This document shows, one piece after another, positions 1 to 12,600 of a stretch of DNA of 43,743 nt (the first letter of the stretch is position 1; the number at the start of each line of letters is the position of its first letter). The position numbers and the translations under genes are program-made. Source of the stretch: Sphaeroforma arctica JP610 (lineage: Eukaryota); contig NW_014040543.1 in NCBI RefSeq assembly GCF_001186125.1, positions 9,931 to 53,673 of the forward strand, given 5' to 3'. The notes under the pieces were generated by a model. The model was not told where the DNA came from. It saw only the letters and a program-made list of their open reading frames with translations, and ran no database searches.

Positions 1-117
1 CGCTTGGAATAAATTTTTATCTCCGAATGTTCATGGTGAGCTTAGCAATATGTTTCTTATTTTTATTTCTCTGCTTTATTTTACTGCTATACTGATAGAT
101 TCCGCCTGAACGTATCC

Positions 118-3100
118 ATGAAAGATCCCGCGTCTATTAGAGTGGACGAGTACAACGCGGCATTGGTTATACAGAGCTTTTGGCGTCACTGCCGATCTAA
201 GAATAGGTACATAATTTGACTGTACAATTTCATGATTTTGCTACCTTGCATGTCAGTGAGCAGGAATTTTAAATTTGTCAGCTTTGTACCAGTTTCCTGG
301 TTGATGCACGGAAACATGTCTATACATTGGTCATTGACGCTATCAATCTGATTTGAGAATTCTTGAGTGTGGCACCTGGCGTTTGTTTTACCTGTATGTG
401 TTTATTTTGAACACGGGCTTAGGTGGGTGTAGGTTATATTGAATCGTTATACCGCCTCCTTACTGTTAGCTTAAACTTACTATGATCTACAGATTCCGCA
501 ATCTTGTACGACTAGTTATCGAACAACAGGCACACTCGTTTACGTGCGCAGCCATCGAAAGTCTCAAGCAAAACAAAATTGCCGGAAAGAATAAAACCGG
601 CAATGAAGGCAGTTCCGATCCGATGTTGCAGTCCTCTCTCAAGCACTCTGGCGTACCAACACATGGTATGTCGAACAGCTGCTGTGGATCAAAGATTATT
701 TTGTGACCGTTACCGTTACTTTTATCTTTCTCAGTCATTCGTTGCTGCTTGTGTGAGATATAGATAACCCCGACCGCGCCTTGTCCGTTTGTATTTACAT
801 ACAAACAAAGTACAGGTGCGTGTACATAGTTCACTAATTCGAATGGTAGACCTTGATCTACAGACGCGACAGAATTTTCCAAGTGTATACTTTTCTGTAG
901 CGAGCAAAACATGCTTGACTTCGCATAAATACATGTTATGATGATCGTAGCCTACGATCAGATATTCAATTGTTTTTGGCACCAAAGTACTGAAACGCTC
1001 ACTTATACTCTCGCAGGCGAATTGGATACCCCAACCTCAGAGTCTGCCATTGACAGTTCCGATGGTTGCTTCGTCTTCGATGACAACGAGTCCTATGATA
1101 TTTCAAGACTTGATCTGTGCGTCGATTTGTTGCTGAAAATAGGATTACGCCTGTTCAATATCAAACCCTTGAAAGGTCTAAGTTTCCTGTTTGACCACGG
1201 ATTGTGTCTGAATGATGCCACATCCGTCGCGACGCTATTTATAGCCGAACCGTTACTCAGCAAAACAGCGGTATGTCCTACATTTTGAGGCCATTTACGA
1301 GTGAAACGACTCGCACTATCGACCTGCAACTCTACCTATGGGTCAAGTTTTTGTTATACATGTAGACTCGATCGTTTGTATGTACATCGGTGGCCTTTTT
1401 AGTGGTTTACGGCCGTTCTAAAGATGTCTGGCCAGGTGCACATGCATCCTTTACTGCATCTGAGACTCATATTCTTTCACTGTCTCTCAGGTGGGAGAGT
1501 TATTGGGTGACACCAATCCGGGGTGTATGAAAGTTTTACAGGCGCTGATAGACACTCAGGATTACCAAGGCAAGGCCTTTGTTGACTCACTCAGACAGTT
1601 CCTAGATATATTTCGGCTTCCAGGTATGTGCGGCGTGTTCATAAGATTGTACGATGTGGGTTCGAAGCACTCGCGTTGCCAGTGTACATCATATCAGCAA
1701 CCGCAGGAATTGAATACTGCCAACTTATACTCCAGGTCAAATCTTCAACAACTCAGTTATGCTTTCCCATTTACCATGCATTAGGCGAGGCACAGAAGAT
1801 CGACCGGATAATGGAAATGTGGGCTAAGAAGTATCATAGGTTAGTTTCGTGTCTTCGATGTATTCTGTCTCCGTGTCCACCGTTTGCTGTCTGTTTTGCT
1901 ACCGAATAAAATGTGGAGCGGAGGAATGTCACGGGATATACGAGGTTTCCCTAATAGAGAAGGCTTGTATCGCGAACCGTGTGTCCGTTAGGTAACGATG
2001 AGAGTCTGGCGGTGTTGTCTTTTAGACCTGAGAAGAATGAAAGATAGGTGTGCTTCCCACGACTGTATTCAAATACCTCTCCTTGCAGTGTATTTGGGTG
2101 GTATAAAGTTCGTCCGCATGCAAGTTACGTACTCCAAGCCGATTTGCTATGTTGAAAATTTATATGTAAGGCCCAACAGTTTACAGGCACGTCGGTAGAA
2201 ACAACTTATAACGCTGCCCGCGAAGTGAGTTCTGCATGAAACCGTCAAAGTGCATGGGCTTGAACCAGCCTCATCGTTTCGTGCGTTCGCAAGGTATAGT
2301 AGCGTTAGAGGCGATGGCCATGACTAACAGGATACTTGGGGGTATTTATTTACTTGCAGGCAAAATCCTGGAGTATTTCAATCGGAAGATACGGCATATG
2401 TCCTGGCATTCAGTACGATTATGTTGAATACAGACCAGCACAATGCAAATGTTCTCCACCGCATGAGTGTGGCTGATTTCATCAAAAACAATCGAGGACT
2501 AGGTAGATGCATTGGTTTGTTTAAATGTCCAAAACAGAATGCAAGTTCAGTTCGAGTGATTCCGTTGTGTTTTTGCGTTCACTGAATTTCTATCAGGCCT
2601 GTGTCAGACATCTGTAATCGTATATCTGCTATTCTAACACTTTTGGGGGGGGGATGGGAAAAGCATGTAAATGTGATGTTGTATTCGCGTTTTGTCATCT
2701 TAGTTCTCTGCATCTATTTAGCCTAAGACATCATCGGCCTTTGTAAATGCCCCCGTGTGCCCATATACACAGATCATGGTGCTGATTTGCCAGATGAGTT
2801 CTTGCGCAGTATCTTCCAAAACATTCGACAGCAGGAGATCGAAGTGCAAGATTCAAATTTGGCGTGCCTAATAGGCATCTCGAATTGCGTGACCAGCATG
2901 CCGCCGAACTTTTCTCTTGTCGAGGCCTATCGAATACTGAAGGGAGAGGTATGTGTGAGATCTATGTGGAGTCTTGCGGTTTGATCTGATCCGGCGCTTG
3001 AGCTGATCAAATATTATTTACTATAAAGCTTGGACTTTAGGAGATACACCAACATAACGTGTAGTGGAATTTTCGGCTAAACGTTGTTCCATACTTTTGC

Positions 3101-3290
3101 GATATGATATTTGGTCGGTAGTTCCTATTTATGCACGTATCTTCGCAATTGAGGTTTAGTTCTGACACACATGTGTGTTTGATTCTATATATACATATAT
3201 ATTTATATTTATATATATAATATATATATATACTTCTGTATATATATATATACTAATGTATATGTATGTAACTGTTTATATATATATACA

Positions 3291-3355
<65 letters not shown>

Positions 3356-3407
3356 TATATATATATTCTATATTCTATATTATATATATATATATGTGTA
3401 TTATATA

Positions 3408-3446
<39 letters not shown>

Positions 3447-6015
3447 GTGTGTGTGGGTGGGTGGGTGTGTCTGTGTATGCACCCTAGGTGAAGATATATG
3501 TTGAATATTGCTAGTTCAATCTGTATTGGTGTCTTTGCCATTGTTAAGAAAAAAACCATAGATTCGCAGACAACTAAATCCAACGTTCAATTTTCTATTC
3601 ACCAAAGGTCGAAGTTCAGGAGATAAGTAAAGCCAGTGGCTTCCGCAAAACATACGGTAAAGACAAACGACAAATATTTTATTTCAACGATCTCATAGTC
3701 GTGACAACGCTCAGCAAAAGTGGCTCCTCGTAAGTTTTAACTTTGCCTTCGGATGGAGTTCGTTAGCTTGTATGTATGTTTGCAATGTGTAGAAATTTCG
3801 GTTTGCAGAATTTCCCACGGTGGGGTTTTGATACTACATAGGAGATATTTATGGATAACAGTTTTTAGAAGTCGCTGTCCGAGCCTACTTTACCAGTTGG
3901 GATCTATCTGATGAGTCATTAACCCCTTCAAACTTCCTTTCCTTTTTCCAGGGTTAAATATCGGAAACATTTCTCGCTTCATCGTTCGCAGTTGAAAATA
4001 CTGCCCATAAATGTACAGGCTTCGGTATGGGGATCATGTCAGATTACCTTATTTGTTGACAACTTCGTAGTTTACTCACTCCGTATTCATCGCCGTCTTT
4101 TGGCGTGATCTCCCCGTGCAAAAAAAAATCGACAAAAAAAACACTGTCTGATAATAACTTCCAAAGTTCGGAGTTGATGAAGGTTCTTTGGAGGTCGCTT
4201 ATCTCATCACAGAGAAACGATGACTAGTTGATTTATACAGTTTCGCTGCGCATGTATATTATACCTTTTTGAATAGTTGTATCTAATGGCAGCTGACGTC
4301 TTGCACAGGCAAATCAAAACACAACCGTTTTGTATTTCCTAGAAGTACGAAAATATTTGCACATCACTGTCCAAAAGAAAATAGTCATAGCATCTACAGG
4401 TCCGTGTGCTACTTTAGCACGATGACGTCAAGACTGACTTATGCGCTAACCTTGATCTGTGTTTTGTATTGAATTCAGTCACTATCACCGCTGTGTAATC
4501 AAATGCTTTTAATAGACTTGATCGACCCCGGCTACCATATGACATTTATATTCAATGGACGCAAGGCTGCTACTGATTTCTTAAATTATTTCAAGTAAGA
4601 GTTTGTATGCATTTCTTGCTACGATTTTACTGATGGTGTTCTAGGTACGAGTTCATACACTCTCTTTGCGATATGATTAAATATTTACGATGTCGTTAAC
4701 GACAGCCTCTTGAGAATAACCCTATCTTTTCTCATCGTATCGACGTGTGCCATTATAACCAATGGTTACATTGTATCTCCAGGGTCAACTGCAGACTTAC
4801 TCGATATGTTCATGGCAATGAATTGATAAAGAATGGCTACGATTTAGCGAATATGCCGCCGTAAGTGCCATTGTTTAAATTATCTTCTGGTCGTGTTTCT
4901 CAAATTTGTTCCAAGCCTAGATGGAGATTTGTCGTATTTTCGCGAGTTGTTTATATCTCGCTTTTATATTTTGCAGGCTTGTCGAGGCGTGGAATTGTGA
5001 GGAAACTTTAGCGTTTGAAAATAAGTGGAATAATTCGGCGCGAGGGACTGCCCTGCAACGCGCGAAGTATGTCAATATAGCATTGCCTAAACGCCCCTAG
5101 GACAGTTCCCAAGTTATCACATGCTTCTTTGCGACAGCTATGAGAAACGAATAGTTTCACTACGCGAGGTCAATATTCGGGGGTATAAATATATCGTAGA
5201 TTAGCGATATTCTACCAAATGAACCCCATGTGGTTTAAGTGGAACACTGAGTGCGGAACCCCTGGATCGATGTTCGCGTCATTGATTTTGCAAATGTGCC
5301 TCAATGGACCTTCCTTCCCCCATGTGTGTATGGACGTGTTGTTTTATGCGATTTTATCCTCATGTTCTGTGGCACCTACGTATTCGAGAATACACGAGGA
5401 GAATTCGGCTCCAAACCTGGGCAGTATAGCGCTGAGTCGCGTGATACGTTGTCTGCATGAGCTGCTATTTGTTTGTCAACTCTAATACAGACATATTGTC
5501 CCAGACGTTCGCAGCTCTTTATCGACGTTCTTACAATATATTATTGCTCCACCCCTGTGCTCTGTGCATTTTCAACAGGAGCTCGTCGGTCAGTAGTCGC
5601 ATGGGTCAGCGCGCCAGTATAGTGGGAGGGGCCGTGGAGGGTGTGGTGAACTCATTATTCCGGAGCAGTTCCAGCGACTCGCAAATGCACCTGAAAAAGA
5701 ATAGAAGGTATGTTCATTCTTCACCCCCTTTTTTTTGTCGCTTTCGGCTGGCTGGCTATCGAACAGGACCCGAATCATGCCACTCGTGTATAATGAAAAT
5801 TGTGATTATCTTTTGTCATATGGGTACTGGAATCGTTTCAAGTCCTGATTTTTGCTGCTTTTAATTGCATCTCCACATTCGGGATGATTTTATTTCTGCT
5901 CAGTTGAACAAACCTCATTTCTCCTCACAGTGCTAGGACAGGGTTGTCATCAACCTTGTCAGCTAAGGGTTATGGCCACTTGGATGTCACGCCATTAAGT
6001 GCCTCGAAGGAATAG
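118..6015 (+). CDS. IQSEC: IQ-motif/Sec7/PH-domain ARF guanine-nucleotide exchange factor (IQSEC/BRAG family), about 14 coding exons
   Basis: Phase-consistent GT-AG exons read by eye: 118-206 (IQ motif [15 protein letters not shown]), 493-665, 1017-1270 ([16 protein letters not shown]), 1491-1623 + 1785-1839 (Sec7 glutamic finger [15 protein letters not shown]), 2360-2502 ([19 protein letters not shown]...FIKNNRG), 2773-2948, 3608-3729 ([13 protein letters not shown], like the IQSEC PH motif REIFLFNDLLVVT), 3952-4024, 4309-4399, 4516-4594, 4783-4860, 4977-5066, 5579-5707, 5931-6015 (TAG). The start codon and 3' exons are less certain than the Sec7/PH core. Confidence 0.88.
3187..3470. repeat. 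Intronic (TA)n/(TATG)n/(TG)n microsatellite
   Basis: About 280 bp of near-pure TA, TATG and GT dinucleotide/tetranucleotide runs inside the IQSEC intron 2949-3607. Confidence 0.95.
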
Positions 6016-6651
6016 TCTAAATAATATAATTACCATAGTCACACAAGGGTCCCTTGCAAATTCGATTGATTGGTATTGGCGGTAGTCAGTCAGTTTCAAT
6101 GTGAGCCATCTATTTTGAGCTATCAATTACGTACCCCCGCCGCTCGACGTTCAGTCTTCTGAAAAATCGCTTGAAATACTATTCAGTTTGAGACTATTTG
6201 CAAAGAATTTTTGAAAATATATAACAAGCTGCTTGATGTGTCCGATGATATTGTCACGATGCAATTCACATCATTCATAATCAATTTCGCTTGAAACTAA
6301 GCAGAGGGTTTGCACCGAAATCCGACCAGACTATCCTTACCCATAGGACATATCCATAGGATTAGATGGGAACTAGGTGCCCTAATTGTTTGGTGATTTG
6401 ACCTAAATCGCAATTTCTGAAGTACTTTTATCAATTTATCTAAATTGTCTTGAATATTTGAGGATTAGATTCGCATGGTTTGCTTATTTATCTAAATACC
6501 AGCTGATTTCCGTAAATCTGCGGCACCACCGTTGGTGAGAATTGGTCCACCAAGTACCAACCAGCTCTGTTCTCTTCGGTATTTTACGGGAACATCAGTC
6601 TACGTATGTTGCCAGCAAGTGGATGCACCACGATGCTAATGACTACTACGA

Positions 6652-9600
6652 TCACAGCACATCCTTCGGGAGTCCCATTTCAATAGTGAGATCCTCATAC
6701 TCCTCCCGCCCTTTTCGATATACCTGAGCATAACGTTTAGCCGACTTCTTCAAAGGTACACCCTGCTGGCGATAAACCTCGAGACTACCCACCCTAATCA
6801 TCACCGATACTTCATCAGACAGTCCGGCATCAGATAGAGCAGCCATCACTTTTTTCCACACCGGCTCGACCACTTCGAAGTGCGCGTCTTGCATGCGTTC
6901 ACACAGTGACAATGCCGCACAAGCACCCCTCCTCTGAGCACAGTTTGCGGCGGCAACATACAACAGTTGAGCAGTAGGCATTACCTTGGCTCTATACACA
7001 TCATTGACAATGTCTAAAACATCTACAGATTTTCCAAGCTTTACCTGGGCTTTAAGGGCGTTCATGTACGCCCCGTCAGAATGATGAACTCCGTCTGTAT
7101 GATAGGATGTGTCCGCTGCTCTCCCTCCGTTAGTGCGGAAATTTTTCATAATCATCTCCTGAAACTTCGGATACAACTCTACGATTGTCTGCCACTTACT
7201 GCCCTTCTCTAAAGCGCGAAAGTACATATCATATGTACTCCTGTCTGGACTGATGTTGAGTACGGGTAGAATTCTCTCGATTAGATATCTGGACATCTGT
7301 ATTTGTCTATTCCGGACCATTTTCAGCAAATGGCTATTAGCAGTCCCTATGTCCACTATGGCTACAGAGTCGTCGGTCAACAGCTTGACACATCTGAACA
7401 TGGTGCCCAGCTGTGACTGGCTGTCCGCCTTCTGGGATTTGCTAGTGATGAACTTATGTACCATCTGACTGGTTTTTCCCCCAGGTTTTATACCGTAGCG
7501 AACCTGCAACAGGAATGCGCTTTCGGCGAGTTTATAGTCTCCAATCGCCGCACAACTGTTGATCATAGTGTCAAATAGCTTAGCTTGATGGCTGACATCA
7601 TTGCTATTACCCGACGTTAGACATCGCTGTTGCATCCCTATGTCCAATATGTGTCGCAGATCCGCCAATATGGACTCCTTCGGCCTGAGTGTGGCACTTT
7701 TCATCGTCTGACTATGAGTATTTGAGGCTGTATGATGCTTGATATCCGAGACTTCCTTATATGAAGCTGTGCCCTTTATGAATATCTCTAGCCACATGCA
7801 TACGATGCGCGTCGATAAATTGCTTTGATTCATACTCTTACAAATACCTGCCACGTCATTGAAAGCGCCCACACGTAACGATTCCAGCACGACACTCTCA
7901 ATCAGTTGTTCTGCCGTGTCTCCCAGGGTAGTATCATGCGACTCCGAGAGTAGAGTGGTGAGTAAGGTGGCACTGAACGATAGGTTACGCCACGTCCGTT
8001 TCTTTAGGTATTTGTAGGTTCGCATGCCATCCACCACACCCTGATACATCAAGTCATGTCTACTGAAATGATAGGCCAGCCTTTGTGAATACATATTCGT
8101 CCCTTCTGTACGTACGCGAGTATGCTCATCTGGATTCGCACTTACCGATGACACAATGGAAATATTCGTGCTTACACTGTCTTCGTCTGTTTTCCCCCGG
8201 CATACCTGGTTCTTAAGCACGCCTATGTGTCTATCTGTGTCATTCGCACATGAATCACCACTCGATCTATCTCCTCGGCTCGTTTCCCAAAGACGCGACA
8301 CGGCGTGGATTCGTAAGTATCTGTCGCACATACTTAGAATATCCCTAGCATGCGCCCCATTTCCTTGCTGTGCACAAACCCTCATCATTTTAGAGAACGC
8401 CTGTTGATCCTCCAGGCGCTCGCGGGCACACAATTTATCAGTCCGAGATCTGAATCTCTGTAAATATACCTTCAAAGCGTCAATGCCTTCGAGGCGAGAA
8501 CCAAGCGATGCGCACACGTGTATGAAGGCGAGCTGGGTGGCAGGTGATCGATCCGTTGGTCGAATGTGTGATATGCACATTAACAAGCGTCTACTTTGCT
8601 CGTTTGATTGTGCAATTGTCGGCCACAGAGCGACCGGTTTCGCGTTCGACAGAGATTCGACTCCATTCGCTGTGGGCACTTGCCTCCTACCCTGTATGCT
8701 TCCGCTATGCTTGCGCTCAGAACCTGAGAGCTTCGTGGTCGCAGGAGCAGCAGCCCGAGCACCCTCCACAACTATGGTACTCGCAACTTTAGTGGTATCG
8801 TCCTTACTCATAGCGTCCACGACCTGTACATTGATGCTGTTGATGTTTAGCTCTACTCTGAAAACACACATTTTGTGCTCGTACAAGTAGTCAAGCATAC
8901 TCATCAAGCGTTGTTGAACTGGCGTGACCACGTTTGTTTTGCCCTTGAGTCGCCCACTCTTAGGGGCCGCCTGCGCAAGTATCTCTCGCAATCCCAATTG
9001 ACACAACGCATCAAAGTCAAGAGCAGGCACATCTTGGCTCGTAGTCGCGCACGTCCGCGCCCTTCCCTCAGATTGCGACGCCCCTCTAGACTGTATAGAC
9101 ATCCTTCCGGTTGCTTGCGTTTGTACGCCAAAGCGATCAACTGCACTGTATGGTGGCCTGCCTGACATCGCACCCTTAGCCAGCACCAAAACCTGTTCTA
9201 TTTTGTTCCAATCACCCGTCCTCGCGCATGTTTTTAACGCGTACTGGGACATAAAATCGGTGCTTGCCACCAATGTATTAGCCAGTCCGCAGAACTCCTG
9301 CCCAGTCCGTTCAAGGAGAATCGCACTTCCCCCATCGTAGTCAGTGGTAGATGATACGGCTTTGTGCGTGCCGTACGCACTTAAGTACTCTCGGAGCGTC
9401 TGAACGGCCTCCTTACTGTTGCCTTTCCGATCGCAAATATGCATCTTTACTTGATATGCGGTGGGTGACAATAATCTTTGACCACTGCCTTCCACGTTGT
9501 TGTTATCGTTTGCGATTGCCTGCATTTCATTCAACACCGTCAAGGCAGTTGGAATGTGCCTCTCATGCATACATATGCTCAGGAGCTGGTCATAGTGGCT

Positions 9601-12600
9601 TGTTCCCACGGAAACTGCATTTTTATTCGCACTGCTCAGATACTTTTGGGCGCGCCGTAGCTTCGCAGACGGCTTCCCCAGCGATACAGCACTGTCATTG
9701 ACCTGTACCGCACGCCTCACGCCTTCCTGCCAGCTGTATTTATAATTAGCGAGTGCCCGGGAGAGCGCGGTGTCTAGATCTTCCAAGGAAGATATGTTAA
9801 TGGGCTGCTGATGCAATGGAAGATGACTCGTTCGCTTCGTATTGGACCCGATTGGCTCGTGTGATGGACTCTGTTGCACTTCGCTTGTCGGTGGCGGAAC
9901 TGGATTTAAACGCGAGTGCCTATACCTCGCAGAATCCGATAGGACAATTCTTTGAGCCAGATTGTTAGCAGTACCCGTTGTGCTGCTTTCAGGTAGGAAT
10001 GATACATGTGTGTCCCGCGTTTTAGAAATAATCGATGACACTTCTGTTGCGTTGTAGTTGGTGGTGTCCGGACTTGATTGCTTAGCAGCAACGACTGGAT
10101 ACGCTTTACGTTTTGCTGCGGACTTACGAATCGTAGTCGAAGACGGACTGTATGTATGTATTACTTTCACAGCGGGTGGTAAAGAATCTAGGTTTTTTGC
10201 ATCCGTATAATTGCCCCGATATGTGATGAAGCGGAATGGGCTGAAATTCACGGTAGCACTGTGAAGGTGACTATTTTTTGCGACATGAAAGTATGTCTGC
10301 CAAGTATTGGGTCGACTATATACTGCCTGTTGGACAGTAAAAGCACTGAAACTGCGACATGATGCGAACCCCATTTTGCAGCGAAGTTGGCCATCGAATA
10401 TGATAGGTCTCGGCGGCGATATTGCGAACTGATTTGACCATGGCGGTCTCCCTCGACTTGTATGGAAAGATCGCCCGCAATGCTTGATCAGGGGTTTTGT
10501 ACTTGCGCTCCGCTTTGGTAATCGATCGAGTTCCCTCCCATCGTATAAGCAAAAGGAGACACTTGATCTATCGATCAAGTTCGAAAAAGATCGTTGAGAT
10601 ACCACTCCCACTCGTCGACTCTCGGGCGTGCGTGATTTAGAGCCCGCCTGCGGCGTGCCTGCAATTGGTTTCCCGTGCTCGCCCATCATGGCGTTGATTT
10701 TCGACATAGCTGATTCGAATGAGACGTCAGTTTCTGAATTCGGACTGGTATCCGCCCGTGTATGCCCGTTATTGTGTAAACTATGATGCGAGATTTCTGC
10801 TGACTCCGATCCTGTGGAATGGCCATATACATTGGAGTGCTGCTCGCCAGTCAAGCCGCGTACATCACCTCCAGTGTTATTAGCAGATTGAAACTTGTGA
10901 TAATCGTTCATGATTAGCCTGAGAGAGTCTAAATGTCCGTGCTCGGATAACACTTGTATAATGTTGTGGTATGTAATCCCATCCCTCTGTGGCAGGCGTG
11001 TATTCTGGGTATCTACATGCGAGGCACGAGAAATGCGTGGACCAGTATCCACCCTTCTATCAGCGGATAACCCCGCTTGCACATCTGGCGTATAATTGAA
11101 AAAATACTCGCACTCACTCAAGCTTTTGAACACTCGCATGGCTTCGTGTGGGCGACCACCCATGCTCAGCAGTAGCAGCGATATATTGTAAGTTGCAATA
11201 TCCGGTTTGGGAGACCCCATAAAAGACTTCCTCGTGCCGCCTCGGACGATTTCTGTCGTGAATTCACTCTCTCGTAGTTGTTGCGTATCCGTATTCGATT
11301 GTGTGAGAGTATAGAATATTCTCAACGCGTGCCGCCACTGGCCCATTTCATAAAGCGCAGTCAGCGCCGCATTGTACACTTTTATACCTGGTGCCAGTTC
11401 CTCCGCGGTAGTACCCACATAACCCGTCAATCTGTGCGATTTAGCATTAGGTTCTCGAATATACCCGTATTCAGCTAACTTTGTCCCCGATATACTAGCC
11501 TTGAGGTCGCCATTATTTGTTGAAAGAGTTCTAACGGAGCCCCAATTGACTTTCTCAGTCACTTGAAATCGATCGATAATCCGTATCACCTCCTGCCACA
11601 TATCCAGTTGTGTGAAAGCATTGAAGATCGCAACGTATCCATCCTCGCTAGGTCGTACATCATTAGCGCGCATCTCTCCGAATACATCCACCGCTCGCGC
11701 TTGCCGGCCCCCGCCCACGCATGCAGTCAGGGCTGATGTGTATGCGGTTGCGTTGAGTTTAAGTTTCCTTCCGCGCATCTCATCGAACCATCGCAATGCC
11801 TCAGTGTACCGACCACTGCTGTTCGCCGCATCTATTACGCCAGTGTATGAGATAGCACCCATGGATGTGCCATCACGCTGGCCAGCACAAAACATCTGGA
11901 CAGCCTCGTCAAAGCATCCGGCTCGGGCATACGCAGAGATTGCTGTGTTGTATGTGACAACGTCCCGTTTAACACCGTGCTCCCTCATTTTCTGCAAGAC
12001 TTGCGGTAATTTCTTCAGAACTCCTCCTGATCCGTATGCATGCATCAACGTGTTGTAGCTACGCGTGCTCTGCTCTAGCGTCGAAGATGCTGAAAGTGTT
12101 TCAAAGAACACCAGGGCTCGCTTCCATTCGCCTGAGCGAGTGAGCGCATCCACGCCCACCGCGATTGTTTCGGAATTCGGTCGGAGATCAGACTGTGGTT
12201 TGCTGTGCCACATACCTAAGACCACATCAGCCATAGCGTCATAGTGCCCCGTCGCGCAACAAAGTCGAAGCATCTTGTGATAAGTGTCCCGCTTAGGAGC
12301 TAAGCGTAGAGTTTGTGTTGATTGCGCTGTTGGATATGGGTGATCTGGTATGTGTATGTTCCCCATGGTCTGCTTGGGGTCAACGACTATGGGTTGTTCT
12401 GTATGTAGGCCATTGAGTGTATCCGCTTCCAATGATCTTCTTATCCGCCCATTGTGTCCATGAAAGAGAGAAGATCTGTGTATAGGTGAAGATCGGGCAG
12501 CCGGATTGGCCGGCACAAATGTATGTTCCAGCATACGAAATAAATGCGCACCGGATTCGAAATCTCCCACATGTGCGTATGCTGAAAGCAATGCGTTCAC

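Noticed and set aside
3175..3583. ORFs rich in Y/I/M/C/V
   Set aside because: They are translations of the intronic TA/TG microsatellite.
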